DNA of 64,000 nt, from assembly GCA_051294375.1 (NCBI GenBank), contig CM119266.1:22484680-22548679 (forward strand), given 5' to 3'. The notes under the pieces are model-generated. The model had not been told where the DNA came from, searched no databases, and saw only the letters and a program-made list of their open reading frames with translations. Positions 15,337-28,911 of this stretch are shown here, one piece after another. The translations under genes were made by a program, and so were the position numbers. Source of the stretch: Paraspadella gotoi (lineage: Eukaryota; Animalia; Chaetognatha). How positions within the stretch are numbered: position 1 is the first letter of the stretch; each line of letters opens with the position of its first letter.

Positions 15337-16130
15337 GCTCCTCGTCCACCCCCTCGTCCGTTCTCTTCATGGATCGTCATTTTCTTTCTTTATCTTCGGA
15401 GCGTTCAGTCCATTGTGCGTCGCGATTTTGGTAGAGGACGGTCTCATCTCTCTCTCTCTCTCTCTCCTCTGCTCTCTCTCGTCTCTCCTCTCTCGTCTCT
15501 CTCTCTCTCGTTCTCTCCTCTCTCTTCTCTCTCAGCTCTCTCTCTCGTCCTCTCGTCATGTCATTTTTCACTTAAGGCGACGCCTCCGCCCTTCCACTCC
15601 CCTCGGCTTTTTTTTAACTCTTCCTCTTCTCTCTCTCCTCTCTCTATCTCTCGTGACCGGCGCGAAAATGTCGCGCTTCTCTTTCCTTTCTTCGCGTCGC
15701 TTTCTTCACGCCTCCTTTGACGACATGCTTTTTCTTTGGCGTCTCACCTCGAGCTTTAAACTTACCTTCTCTCATCTCTCTTTTTGGCCCAACCTCTTCT
15801 TCCTCAGCCCTAATTTTCATAGCGGCCAACCGTCTTCATCTTCTTCCCCTTGCCCGGATTCCAGACCGGTCCGCTTCAAAGTGCCATTGGGATGCTCCGC
15901 GTGGTCGTTAATTTATTTGATGGGCTTTTCGGGCGGCGGTGGCGGCGGTGGCGGCGCCGGCGACGCCTTGACAAACCGCTCGCCCACTCCCTCTTTCCTC
16001 CTGTTAGCCGCTTTTGATTGTAGGAAAAGTCTTTCTGCTCAATTTATTCGCCGTTTCGAGGCATCATTACCCGATTAAAGTTGACGAGAACATCATTTTA
16101 TTTTCGTCGCGTCGTCGTCGTCGCGTTCGT
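14745..16130. other. Probable assembly artefact: ~460-bp sequence present twice around the 25-N gap at 15205-15229
   Basis: 14745-15200 and 15646-16130 are the same sequence, differing mostly by 1-nt indels. Confidence 0.8.
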
Positions 16131-17534
16131 CGTCGTCGTCGTTTCGTTTAAAAGCAGTCGTCCTCTTCGGTGTCCTCACGGCGGTAAAAGCGATATTACG
16201 TGTCATAATCGTCGTCGTCGTCGTCGTTTAAACAGTCGTCCTCTTCGGTGTCCCACGGCGGAAAACATATTACGGTCATACGTTTGGACAGGTGTCATAA
16301 AAACTTCTGAGAGAAATAAAAATTAAAATGAGAAAGAAAATAACAAGGTAGAAACGTGGCATAATAAAAAGTATAAAAAGAATACTCTTCGCATCACGCG
16401 ATGAAAAAAAAGCAAAAAAAAACAAAAGGCTGAGAATTAGAATTTTTCTTTTTAACCAAAAGCGTTATATAGTCGATATTATCGTCGACCTCGTCGTCAT
16501 CGACTTCCGTCCCTCGCTCCGAGTTTCTATTCCAGTTTTTCCTCCATCATTCATGAAAACTCCGACCGACAAACGGGCAATAAAACGATGGGCGTCGCCG
16601 CAACGCCGCGAGTGAGGCACGGGACGGGCGGACCTTCGAGCGCCCCCCGCATGTCGCGCCAAGAACGCCCACCGCGTAACGTCCCCGTCGTGACAGACGG
16701 ACGCCCGTTGTCGAGGCCCCTCGATCCCTTCGCTTTTTGACCCGACTTACCCTTCCTCTTTCATCCGTCCTCAAACTTACTTCGTTTTTACTTCACTTTC
16801 CTTTTCTAAACATCTGACCACCTTACCACCCCGAATCCTCTTGACACACCAAACTCGTTTCCCACCACCCCCCTTCAAACCCAGCTTGGCGTGAGTCACG
16901 AAATAATCGACGACGACGACGACGACGACGAAATCGATGCAAGAACGACGACCGTCATCGAGCGCATGCGTGATGCTCTCTCCTTACTGCATGTCTTGGA
17001 CCAATCATTGGGTGCGACCTCGGAGTGATCGAACGAAAAGAAAACTACTTATTAGACGTAAAGAAAGAAAACAACCTTCGTTTCGATTGTTTTGTATTTT
17101 TAAAACTGGACGTAATTAATAATTAAACATAGCTTAAAGCAAAAAAAAGGAAAAGCGCAAATTCGGATTGAATAGGGAAAAAAAAGGTGAGCGAAAAAAT
17201 TCTTAAGAAAAGGCGTGAAGGGAAAGATATGAAACGAAAGGCGCGACCTAAAAAAAAGAAAAAAAAAAAACACCTCGCACGTGTTGTCGATGGTGAAACG
17301 TGGAAAAAGGGGAATTCCGACTCTGCTTTTTATTTGCCTTTTTTTCTATGGAGGATGACTGTTTTATTGCTTTTTACTCGCCCGCCGCAGCCGCCCGACA
17401 GCGCACGCGCCGTACGCCGCAGTCCACCGCAGCCCGCCGCCGCGCATGCCGATATATCGCGGGTTGAAACCGCGAGTTTTTTGATCGAGATGGAAAACTG
17501 TAAAAATTCTCTCTCTCTCTCTCTCCTCTGTTCC

Positions 17535-17611
<77 letters not shown>

Positions 17612-18959
17612 TCTCTCTCCTCTCTTCTTTCTCTTTATATAAAAACGTGCGTTTCTTTCATTGAGGATATTTTTTTCGAGGATGTCACGAGGCTGCAAAT
17701 CGAGATTTCCTCGGGACGACGACCCCGCTCGTATCTGCTTCCGTTTCATTCCCCTTGTCAATCAATTCCATCTCTCTCTCTCTCTCTCATCTCTCTCTTC
17801 TGTCAGTCTGTCCATCTCTCCGCTTGTCTGCGCCTCTCTATCTGCCATACTTTCTCATATTTTCCGTGTTTTTTCCAACGACATCGTATTCTTCTAAAAT
17901 GGTATATGGGGAGTAGTACTCTCGCCAATATCCTAAAGTTTTAGAAGCGTAACATTTTTCATACATTTCTGCAACTAAGCTTTCTAATTGGAAAAAAAAA
18001 CCTCGCCGACTAGATTTTTTTTTTTAAAAGCCATACTAAACTTTTTTCTTTTTCCCACTTTTTTCTTTTTTTTTTTTCTTTCTCTTTCATTCTGAGCTCC
18101 CCCAAACTAAGCCAATTCCCAAAAGACGAAAAATTTCCGATTATCAGTCAAGTTGAAAGAGCTCCTCCTCCTCTCCTCCTCCTGCTCGCTCCTCCTCTTC
18201 CTCATCTTCCAACCCCTCCTCCCTGCCTTTCCCCTCCTCCCTTTCGGAGAAAAAAAAAGGGTAGTTGCCATTGTTTGCGCACAAAGAAGAACAAGGGAGG
18301 GATCTCGCTTTAAAGATAGCGGAGATGGTGCGGGAGAGAGAGGGGGGAGGAGGTGGGGCAAGGGGAGAGAGGGGGAAGTGAGAGAGTTAAGGGGAGAGTA
18401 AAGGGGGGTGTCTCCGCGGTACGGCGCGACGGGGCGGGGGGGAGGCGGAGAGGAAGTGGGGGGCGGGTTAAGGGGGGAGGACAGTTTGTTAAGGTCTCCG
18501 GTTCGTTGGAGGAGACGGGAGAAAACGAAGAAGAAAAGAGTTTGATTAAATTCTCTTATTGATTCCTTTCGTTCGAAAAAGAAGAGAGAGATAGAGAGAG
18601 AGAGAGACGCGATCCGTCGACGGCGAAGAAGGGGGGAGTGATGAGGAGGAGCAAGGAGGAGGAGGGGGGTAGGGGTGAGAGAATAAGAAGCTATGATATT
18701 TTGATATAATTAGATAAGATAAAAAGCAGATAGTAAGAATATGTTGTTTTTTTTTGTTGAGAGAAAAGATAAAAAGTAGTAAAAAAAAAGGATGAGTATG
18801 AAAGCTGGCCAAAGGCAAGAGAGAGAGGACGAAAGGATAGTCAAAGAAAAAACTAGTATTCTCACAGAAAATTAGGTTTTGATATATAAGAAGAGAGCGC
18901 TTACGAATTAATCTCGTCTTGTATTTTAAAACGAGATCGACTGCGCGATGAACGATGAA

Positions 18960-19200
18960 AAGAAAAGCAAAGAAAGAAAGAAAAGAAAAGAAAAGAAAAG
19001 AAAAGAAAAGAAAAGAAAAGAAAAGAAAAGAAAAAGAAAAGAAAAGAAAAAAGAAAAGAAAAGAAAGAAAAAGAGAAGAGAGAGAAAAAGAAAAAAGAAA
19101 ATAAAGAAAGCTGAAAAGAAGAGAAGGAGAAAGAAAAAAGAAAAAAGAAAATAAAGAAAGCTGAAGAGAAGAGAAGAGAAGAGAAAGAGAAAACACGAAA
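18960..19200. repeat. (AAAAG)n and purine-rich simple repeat
   Basis: Pentanucleotide run decaying into an A/G-rich tract. Confidence 0.9.
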
Positions 19201-19793
19201 AGAAAAAAAAAAGAAAGGACCAAACAAAAAATTTCGGAAGACGCTGAAAAGAAATCGATCCGAGACACAGTCACGCTAGTGTCACGTGCTTGCCGTGCCG
19301 GGAGTCACGTGAGACGCTGTTCACGCGGGACACGGGAGCGTGACGCGGATCACGTCGAGCGAAAGAAGGCGTGGCCGCGAGGGCCGATGGCGGGTTTGGC
19401 GGGAGGGGGCGGGGGGGGGAAGGCAAGGCTATCGGAAGATCGAGAGACTCGATGGGGAGTGGGTAGGAATTTTGGGGGGCGGGGGGAAGAGGAAGAGGAG
19501 GAAGGAAGAGGAGGAAGGAAGGAAGAGGAGGAGGAAGAAGGCGGAGGCGAAAGGAGAGGTGACATTCCCTAATTAAGTCGAGAAAGTCGAATAATTAATG
19601 CGATCGAACGCCGAAAGGGGGCGGCGGGGCGGGGAGGGAAGTGGGGTAAGGGAGGGGAGGGAAGTTTGGAGCGGGATGGTCGGGGAATGTTGGAAAGTGA
19701 TAGGTAAGGGTTTAAGGGTTTTTAGGAGTAAGGGTAGATCAGAGGAGATTTGAACCAAAAGTTAGATTTAAGAGAGAGAGAGAGAGAAGAGAG

Positions 19794-19852
<59 letters not shown>

Positions 19853-20030
19853 GAGAGGAAGCGGAGCGCGCCAGCGTGAAAAATTTTAATTAAAGGCATG
19901 AAATAAATCCGTAATTTCGATGGCATATTTTTTTTTTTTTTTAGGGTCGCTAGGAAACCTCGGGAATTTCGCCTTAAGCGCCTTTGGATTCATCCTCTGC
20001 GATAAAGCAATAAAAATCTATAATGAAAAA

Positions 20031-20120
<90 letters not shown>

Positions 20121-21596
20121 AAGAGAGCGGAGCAACAAATCTTCGCCATCTCTCACTAAGTTTCAAATCACAACGAAAAAAAAAAAGACAATTAAAAAAA
20201 AAGAAAGAATTTTATCGTCCCAAAAAATAATTAAATCCGTCTCTCGCGCCAAAGATTCTCCCGATTTTTTTTACGCGCTTCACAAATAATCCCAAAGTTT
20301 CAAGGGCAATAACTGTTTCTTTCCGTGAGCCTTTAATCTCATTTGCATATTGTCGTGCGAGAGACGATCCCATTGGGAATCGCAGTTCGGAATTTGCAGA
20401 AGACGAAAAACTTTAGCACAAAAGTATTGATGTCGAGGACACCAGGGATTCTCGCGCGGGTCGCGGAAGTCTCTTGTCAGGTGCAGATGAAGGACCGTTT
20501 GAAAAGAAGTCGATGATTTCGAAGGAGAATCGATTTAGATCGAACATTAAGTGGTCAAATTTTATTTTAAAGATAAAATGTTACAGATATCATTGCCGAT
20601 ACCCTTCCAGTCTTTTTATACTGTTGTATTTTATATAAAAAAAAAAAAAGGTTTCATAATCCTTTTTGTAATTAATAAAAAATGGTTTCACCATGTCAAT
20701 ATAATGGCTGTTTTTATTCGTATAGCCAAACCTAAGACGACTCTCGTCCCTTGACTCTTGCCCTCATCCACCTTTAACGCCACCATCACACCCGCCCCCC
20801 CCCCTTAAACCCACCACCCTTCACCCCCGAGTCGTTCCCCGCGACTTCTCACGCTGCTTCTCGACGCTCGAGACAGATATTATGGCGGCTGGATTTGCAA
20901 TCACGCTGTTCCTGGCGGCGAAAGCGTTCGGCGCTCGCCGGGTGGAGAGAGGAGATTGCGTGCGAATGGATCGCGTGCGAAAAAAAATTGCGTGCGACGA
21001 GTCGATTGAATGCAGATATTATATTGGGAAGCCGAACGGTCAAAATAAGAAATTAAATTTTTTAAAAATTTTTTTATCTCAGATCGTCGACCTGGCTAAT
21101 TAAAATAATAATTAAAAAAAAAAAGAAAAGAGCGATCAAGATTCCAAGCCGACAGCGCTAACAACGGCGACCGTACGACACAGGAACGGTCGCTGCGAAA
21201 AAGCGTCGCCGTCCGCGGGAAAACGCGCCGATAACACGGCGCCGGCGACGACGATTGCGTCGGCGGCGTCGGCGGCGTCACGATCGGATTAAAACGGGGA
21301 AAAATCTAATTATGAAACCGTCAAGTGAGAAACGAGTCGGTGACGGCGATGGTGGAGAGAAGGGGGGGGAGTGAGGGTGGAGGGGGAGGGGGGAAGGCAG
21401 GGGCGAAGAGCAGACGGGGGGGGTGAGTGATTAGAGAATGAAGAATGGAAGTGTTAGAGAAAATGATCAGAGAAGGATTGACATGTGCGCGTGAGGAAAC
21501 GTGAAAAAAAATAAAGAGAAGGTCGAGTTGGGTTTTGACGCAACTGTTTTTTTATTATGAACATCACGATGTATAATATATGTGCACATTGTGCAT

Positions 21597-22189
21597 TAGA
21601 GTGGAGCACTTGGAACATAAATTTTATTTGAGTGACAAACAAGGATTTTTAGATGTGAGATCGTTTGGGGAACAGTATCCTTAATTACAATATATTTATA
21701 GTATTATCCTTAGAAAATAATAAATTTTCAAAATAATTTTTTTTAAATTTTATTAAAGATTCTGATTCTCATAAAAAGTTAGATCAAAAATATAAAACAT
21801 GTTATTAAAAATTTCAATGCTTTCAGTATCAAAAATTGAAAAAAAGGTTAAAATATCCTCCTTTTTTACGCTCTGTAGTAGAAACTATTAAAGTATTATA
21901 TGATGAAACGTTTTAGTCATTTTTCGCAGCTTTAACCTAAAAATATCATAAAACATATTTTACAAAAGTTTTTCAGTTTTTTGCGGCAAATCCAAAACAT
22001 TTCTTAAAATTAAAAAAATATGATTTTAAAATTTTCTGATTTTATAAGGATATTACTATAAAGAAAATTCAATTAATGATACTGTTATGCAAAATTTATT
22101 TGAAAAGGGGCTTAATTATTTTTTATTACATATACAAAGGCAGCAAAAAACATTGTTCCATCGCTCAATCTTTTCATCACTCCACCCTA
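21597..22189. mobile_element. Non-autonomous hAT-type MITE (593 bp)
   Basis: Termini TAGAGTGGAG ... CTCCACCCTA (9/10 inverted match) with an exact 8-bp target-site duplication TTGTGCAT at 21589-21596 and 22190-22197; AT-rich interior. An 8-bp TSD and TAG(A/G)G ends are typical of hAT elements. Confidence 0.8.
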
Positions 22190-24417
22190 TTGTGCATATC
22201 ACTCGTCTCGTTAAGAAATTTAAATACGTAAAATAAAGAATTATTTTATTATTATATCAGAAACCGATAATATCAGTGGTATAAACATCGCACAATCACC
22301 GAATCAATAAAAGGACTTATTGTTTCGATAATCAACGGACGCGATTAGAAAACAAAAAGGAGAGAGTTTGAAAGGATAGCAACTAGCAAGCAGTCGGGAA
22401 TTCGATCATTCTGATTGTCAAGGAAACTGCATCTGGAAATCGCGAGGCTGAAAATTGAAACTAATCTTCGTGCGTCGCTGATTTTTCTCCCACTCTTTGT
22501 CCCCCGCTTCTACCACTCCCCACCGCTCCCCACCCCACACCGCTACTACCCCAATGTCTTCCACCCTTCCACCCCTAATCCGCTCTACTTCTTCGTTGCG
22601 ATGATAAAGAGAGAAGGGAAGAGTGAAAGGGAAGAAGTGGCATATGAGGTGAGGGAAGCTTGATAGAGATCGGAAAACAGTGAAGAGTTAAAATCCTAAT
22701 TGCAAAAATTATTTATAAATAACTATTATCCTTTCTTAGTTTTCTTTTTTCCCCCCTTCTCTCTGTCTTCCTCTCTCTTTCTCAACCTCCTTTCTTCCGT
22801 TCCTCTCATTTTCTCACAATCTCCCCCCCCACACACCCTCGACGCCTCGTTTTTGCAGGCAGCTGAGAGAATCAAGAAATCATGTCAAACCGATTTAATT
22901 TAATCAAGAATCAAATTGCAGATGTAAAAAGTGCAGAGGCGTGCGTAATTGAAAGGCTTGGCTACAGGGTGCGCCATGAGCCTCGTATTTCGCCGCTTTT
23001 ACGATTTCATTTCGACTCCATTTTTCGAGGCAGAGAATTTTTATTTTTTCTGAATTTCTTTCATATTTTCTTTTACGGTTTTTCTTTTTTTTTAATCATT
23101 TTTTAAAATTCCTCTTTTTTAGTTTAAATTTAAAATAGGATTTGGAAGAAGAAATAAAAAGGCATCGCAGATTTTCAATCCCCGATCAACATCTGAGCCT
23201 CAATTCGACTGAGTTGAACGTCAAACTTTCCAGTTTGCATTAAGAAAAAAAAGTTCATGTGACATTTTACGAAAAAAAAAAATAAAAAAAATAAAAGATT
23301 TTGTTCTATATTTTTTTTTTTATAAAACAGTTGTACCCGAAAAAGTAGGAAGGAAACACAGCGGGGACCGAGTTTAACGTCGAACGTATTCGCGCGGGCG
23401 ATGATTGATACTGGATTAAGTCGGGAGACGCGAGAGGGGAAAACAAAGACGACGATGACGACGACGACGACGACGAAAACTCCGAAAACAAATAGAATAC
23501 TTTTTTTTTTTGAAAGTGACCCCGACGAATAAGTGGAACGACGCGGGGAGACGACGACGACGACGACGACGATTCGTTTTTGACGCGAAATCTCGTGGGG
23601 CCAAAGTCTAAAAGTAGGTTGACACTTCAACCTTCTCCGTTCAATCTCTTTTGACTCAAGTTTCATCGGAAATATAATGGAGGTTAACAAAAGGCGTTTT
23701 GGAACTAGCGGCTGGGGAAACTTGAAATATATTAAGTCACCTTAGTCACCTCAGCTTAGTCTTCAGAAAAAGATGACTTGAATTCAAAAAGGAAATTGAA
23801 AACTAAATTTGGTAAACAAAAAAAAACAAAAAACGGAAGAACTCCCGAACTTCTCTCTATCGGACATTTTAGTTTCTATTTCCCTTCAACTCTCTCTCTC
23901 TCTCTCTCTCTCTCCCTCTCTCTCTCTCTCTCCTCTCTCTTCTCTCTCTTCTCTCTCTCTCTCTCTCTCTCCTCTCCTCTCTTTCTCCTCTCCCTTCCCT
24001 CCCTCTCTCACTCTGCTGCTCATAATTTTCACATTACTATTCCTTAGGCCAGTGATTTGCATTTTCATGTCCTCTTATAAGAGACGATCCTCTTCTCTCA
24101 TAAAGAATCCTGGATAGAAAAAGTAAGAAGGAGAAAAAGAAGGAAAAAGAAAAGGAGGAAGGAAAAGAAGAATGAGAAAGAAGTAAAGAAAGAGAAAAGA
24201 AGAAAAAGAAGTAGGACGAGCGAGAAGTAGACAGACGAAGAGAAGGAAGAATGACCGGAGCCGGACACCGTGGCGGCGCGGGGCGAGCGACGGATGCGCG
24301 CTCCTTGGGAAATGACATTTGCCCTTTTTCAAATCAAGACGAAGAACCTTGACGGAATCGAGTTCCAAAAGGCCCCGCGGGACTCGAAGAGAGAGAAGAG
24401 AGAGAGAGAGAGAGAGA

Positions 24418-24449
<32 letters not shown>

Positions 24450-24504
24450 TATATTTTTCGAAAAAGAGATTGAGGCAACTTATACGCCATACAGCCCTTT
24501 TTTG

Positions 24505-24570
<66 letters not shown>

Positions 24571-24909
24571 TCTCGTTCTTACTCATTCCGCCAGCTACCA
24601 TCTCCCCTTCCCTTTTCACATCTATTTTCTTTATTCTTAGCCTCTTAGCTGGGATCGCTATGACAAAAAATATCATAAGCATCTTTGATCAATCTCGTCA
24701 GGGGGCGGACCCAGTGGAAGGGGGGGGAAACTGACGCCAGTTGAGGGGTGAGGTTGATTAAGGGCGGGGGGTGAGGGTCGATCCGGAAAATGGGGGGGCG
24801 GAAGATTCGCCCACGGAGAACAGAGAATTAATAGAATGCGTCGCGAGATCAAATCTGTCGTAAACCCGTAAGTTCGCAAGAGAAGAAAGAGAGAGAGGAG
24901 AGAGAGAGT

Positions 24910-24978
<69 letters not shown>

Positions 24979-25177
24979 ATGATTAAAGACGTTACAGACT
25001 TCTTCGGGGTCCTTAAAATAAAAGAAATAAAATAAAAATAATAAAATAAAATAAGAATGGAAAATAACAAAATGAAGCACTAACGAACTGAGTCCAGCAA
25101 AACCTTAAATCCCACAGAGTCAAATCATCAAAGTCTAAACTTCCGTCAACGATTGTCGACCAAATCTTTGCGTTGCC

Positions 25178-25367
25178 TTCGTCGTCGTCTTCGTCGTCGT
25201 CGTTATCGTCGTTGTTCCGATCCTAAACTCGGTTGTTGCCGAATGCCCCATAACTGTCGTCGTTCTGGACGCCATAAAAGTCGTCGTCGTCGTCATCGTT
25301 CGTCGTCGTCATCGTTCGTCGTCGTCCGTATCGTAGAAGTCACCGTCGCCGTCGCGTCGAAAGGGGG

Positions 25368-25414
<47 letters not shown>
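25178..25414. repeat. (GTC)n trinucleotide microsatellite cluster
   Basis: Multiple TCG/GTC runs, the longest at about 25369-25414. Confidence 0.9.
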
Positions 25415-25415
<1 letters not shown>

Positions 25416-25474
25416 TTTGTCGCAGTCGTAACGGATAATCGGCCAGTCGTCACAAGGATTGTCACTTCACCGCG

Positions 25475-25542
25475 AAGACCCTGTAAAAAGTCTCCTTTTC
25501 TTTCTCGTAAGACCCTGTAAAAAGTCTCCTTTTCTTTCTCGT
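25475..25542. repeat. Perfect 34-bp tandem duplication
   Basis: AAGACCCTGTAAAAAGTCTCCTTTTCTTTCTCGT twice. Confidence 0.95.
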
Positions 25543-26611
25543 TCATCGGTGAAGCGGTGCGAGGGTTTTACAATTTCGGTTAAAAGGTTACAACTTTAGT
25601 TCGATCGAGACAACTCACGAAAGTTGACGCAGTGACTCTTCATACAGCTCAAACTTTTGTGACTATCGAGTAGAGTTTCACCTTGATTTAAAAGATATGA
25701 ATTAAAGTAGACTTGTTTATCCATTGAGAATAGATTTCATCTATTCGCAGAGCAAAGACGTTTCAAACCTGAGAAGTAACAATTTTTTAACAAAACTTTG
25801 TAAAATCGATCGGTCAATTCCGAGTGGAAGAGCTTTCATGTTTTTTGACCTTTTTTTCTTTTCACTATTTCCCTTACCTCTCGTCTCTTTTGCTTTTAAG
25901 CTTTCATTTTCCGCCTCACGCACCTTACCACCTTTCCTTACATCTCCACCCAAATTTCCAATCCCCCTTTCCATTCGCTCGCCCCACCCGACCCGCCCCC
26001 CACCCCCCCCTACTTTCCTTTAAACTCACGTTTTCTTCGTTTCCTCGGGCACGACCGGAAAGCGGGAGAAAGAGAAGAGAGAGAGGAGAGAGAGAGAGAG
26101 AGAGAAGAGAGAGAGAACGAGAGAGAGAGAGAGCAGAGAGAGAGAAGAGAGAGTGAAAGCAGCTTATGAAGGGGGAATCACCTATTAGTGATGCTTATTT
26201 CGCGAGCCCAACTAGAGAGAGCGAAAAGAAGAGAGAGAGAGGGAGAGAGCCATGGGGAATGGAAAAGCAGAATAAAAAGAAAGGATCTGCAAAGAGGAAA
26301 TAAAACGGACCTTTGCTTTATTAATTTTATTAGTTTACGGCCGAACAATTTTATGATTCATAATCACAAAAGAAATTGATTGTGAAATATACAAAAAAGA
26401 AGACAGGGAAGATAAATCAAAAAGACCAAAGGCGAAATTGTAAGGTGAAATATATAAAAAGGTTGAAGCCGGGATCGAGAGTTTAATGTCGAGATGACAG
26501 GAAAAAATAATTTGTGAAACAATTGAAAGGAAACCTCGGGGAGAAAAGAATAGAGAGGATAGGTGAAGAAAAAAAGAGAGAGGAAATACGCTGACGCAGA
26601 ATATAAAAAGG

Positions 26612-26741
<130 letters not shown>

Positions 26742-27066
26742 GGATGATTGTGCCAAGAAGACTGAACCAATAATTTAATTCAACATTGTCAAACTATTAT
26801 TGCAAATACTAAATATATTTCAATCTCATGCTGGTTCATAATTTCTGTATTTAACTTTTTAAAACATTTTATGTTCTACCTCCCCCACCTTTTTCACCCA
26901 ATAACCGTCTTCCCTTTCCTAAAAATCCCACGCATCTTTTTCCTCCCTCCCTTTTCTCATTTTCTCCTCCCCGCTTTCTTCTTTTTTCCCCCACGGAATC
27001 CGTCGATCAGAAAATATGCAACAAAAATGGAATTTCAAATTGGCGTTGTTCGCTCGCGCGCGTTTG

Positions 27067-27108
<42 letters not shown>

Positions 27109-27374
27109 TTGAGGGAGATAGGTGAGGATTGAGGGTCGCGGCCTCCTCGTCTCCATGACGACGCTTTCGATCGAGGTGTACGTGCTTTGGCGACGCGTGC
27201 GTGCGATTGAGTGTTTTTAAAGCTTATTTACATATTTCTTTAATCCTCTTTCTAATTGCCCCTTCTGTAATCTTATCTTAAAACTAGAAAATTTTTGAGA
27301 TTTTAAATTCTTTTTGTGATCAGCTAGTTCACTCCACGTAACCTTCTCCTCTCTCTCTCTCTCTCTTCCTCTCT

Positions 27375-27434
<60 letters not shown>

Positions 27435-28766
27435 CTCTCTCTTTTCTCCTCAAAAAACCGATCCGATTCTTTTCAGAAATCGCAAAACACGCCCTCCGCC
27501 CGCACAGACCCGACCCTCTCTCTCTTCTCCATTCAGTCTCCTTTTCCCCCTCGCCCAACTCATTTCATTCCATCCCACTTTCAACCTTCGATTCCCTACC
27601 TCCAACTTCCCCTCACCCTCTTTTTCCCGCGCCCATATCTCCAGAGACGCCGCCGTATTTATAAACAAGAACGCCGCCTCTCATGCAAATCGAGACGAAG
27701 CTTCGGGAAAGAAAGAAAGAAAGAAAGAAAGAAAAAAAGACTCCCTTTTTCCCCCGTCGTAGTAGTATTATTATTGTTATTTTTTTTTCGTTCCCGGAAT
27801 TTACTGACAATATCTTTTTTTCCCTTCGTCTCTTCTATTTTTTTTTGTTTGTTTTTATTCACTGTCGTTAATTGTTACGCACGACATGAATTTTTTTGCA
27901 AAAGTAAACAAAGACAAACACGCATGCGAGATCACGCAAGATTTTATCTATTTACTTTTTTTTTTTTTTTGGTGCGTGCGAATCAAAATTTCGGCGCCCG
28001 TGCGCTAAAAAATGCGCGCGGACGCGCAAAAGGGCGCGGTCGTCGTCGTCCTCGTCTCCCGAAGCAAACACAACCGCGCTTCATTTGAATTCCGTCCCGA
28101 TTTTTTTATTTTCTGTCGAATTCTTTTTTTTTCTTTTTGCTGTTTTTCTTCTTCTCCCCCCAAAAAGTAAGAAGTTTAGAAAAAAAAAAAAAAAAGAGAA
28201 GAGAATTTCCGTTTCTTTCGATCGGGTGAAAAGTTTTTCTTTGCAAGTTTATACTTACATTACGATATCCATACAACACGGTTCGCTTATTTCATACGAG
28301 AGAGAATAAAAAATTCTCTCTTCTTTCTCTCTCATCGGTAGTTTTTTTTTATAATCCTCTTCCTCATCCTCCTCTTCCTCCTCCCTCCATCACCCAGTTA
28401 TCAAAGCCCCGGGGTCCCTGGGGGTTTCTCCATCTCCTGCCTCAATCTAAATTCCTCCTGCAACATTATTCCGTTTCATATTCCATCTGCATTTTCTTGC
28501 CTTTGGCTGAATATCTCGCGGAGACAGAAAGAGATAGAGAAAGACAGGAGAGATTGTTTTTGTTTACTAGCGAGAGACTTTGGCGGGAAAATGGAGGGAA
28601 AAACACAAGCGAATTCGCGGCGGAGAATAAAAATATTATGAGACCGTAAAAAGAAAAAGAAAACTATAAGAGCGAGGTTGCAAACTTCAAGAAAGAGATA
28701 AATCACATTGCAGTGAAATCGATAGGAAAATAATCTTACGAATAATATATATATAAATGAACTCAC

Positions 28767-28911
28767 CGGCCATCTTCTGCTTCGAATTTTGTCTCGACTC
28801 GCGCATCCAGGGGTAAATTTCCTTGGGGTACATGGGGCTCCCGTGATGAGGGGGGCTCACCCCCGGGCCTCCTCCGTGCACAACTCCGCCGGCGGTATGA
28901 GCGGCTGACAG
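28767..28911 (-). CDS. Hox3: Hox3 hexapeptide exon (LSAAHTAGG...YPKEIYPWMRESRQNSKQKMA)
   Basis: Acceptor actctccag| and donor G|GTGAGT; YPWM motif in PG3 context directly upstream of the canonical Hox intron position. Confidence 0.93.

Noticed and set aside
14978-16078. 366-aa ORF, the longest in the track
   Set aside because: Runs through an N gap, stuttered (CT)n and an artefactual duplicate; no protein-like signal.
16146-16281. ~80-bp imperfect tandem repeat
   Set aside because: One copy differs from the other by scattered insertions; probably a read/contig overlap artefact.
22950-22972. Minus-strand ACCCTGTAGCCAAGCCTTT resembling the miR-10/miR-993 5p arm
   Set aside because: Only the seed-proximal 9 nt match and there is no complementary 3p arm; no convincing Hox-cluster miRNA was seen in the window.
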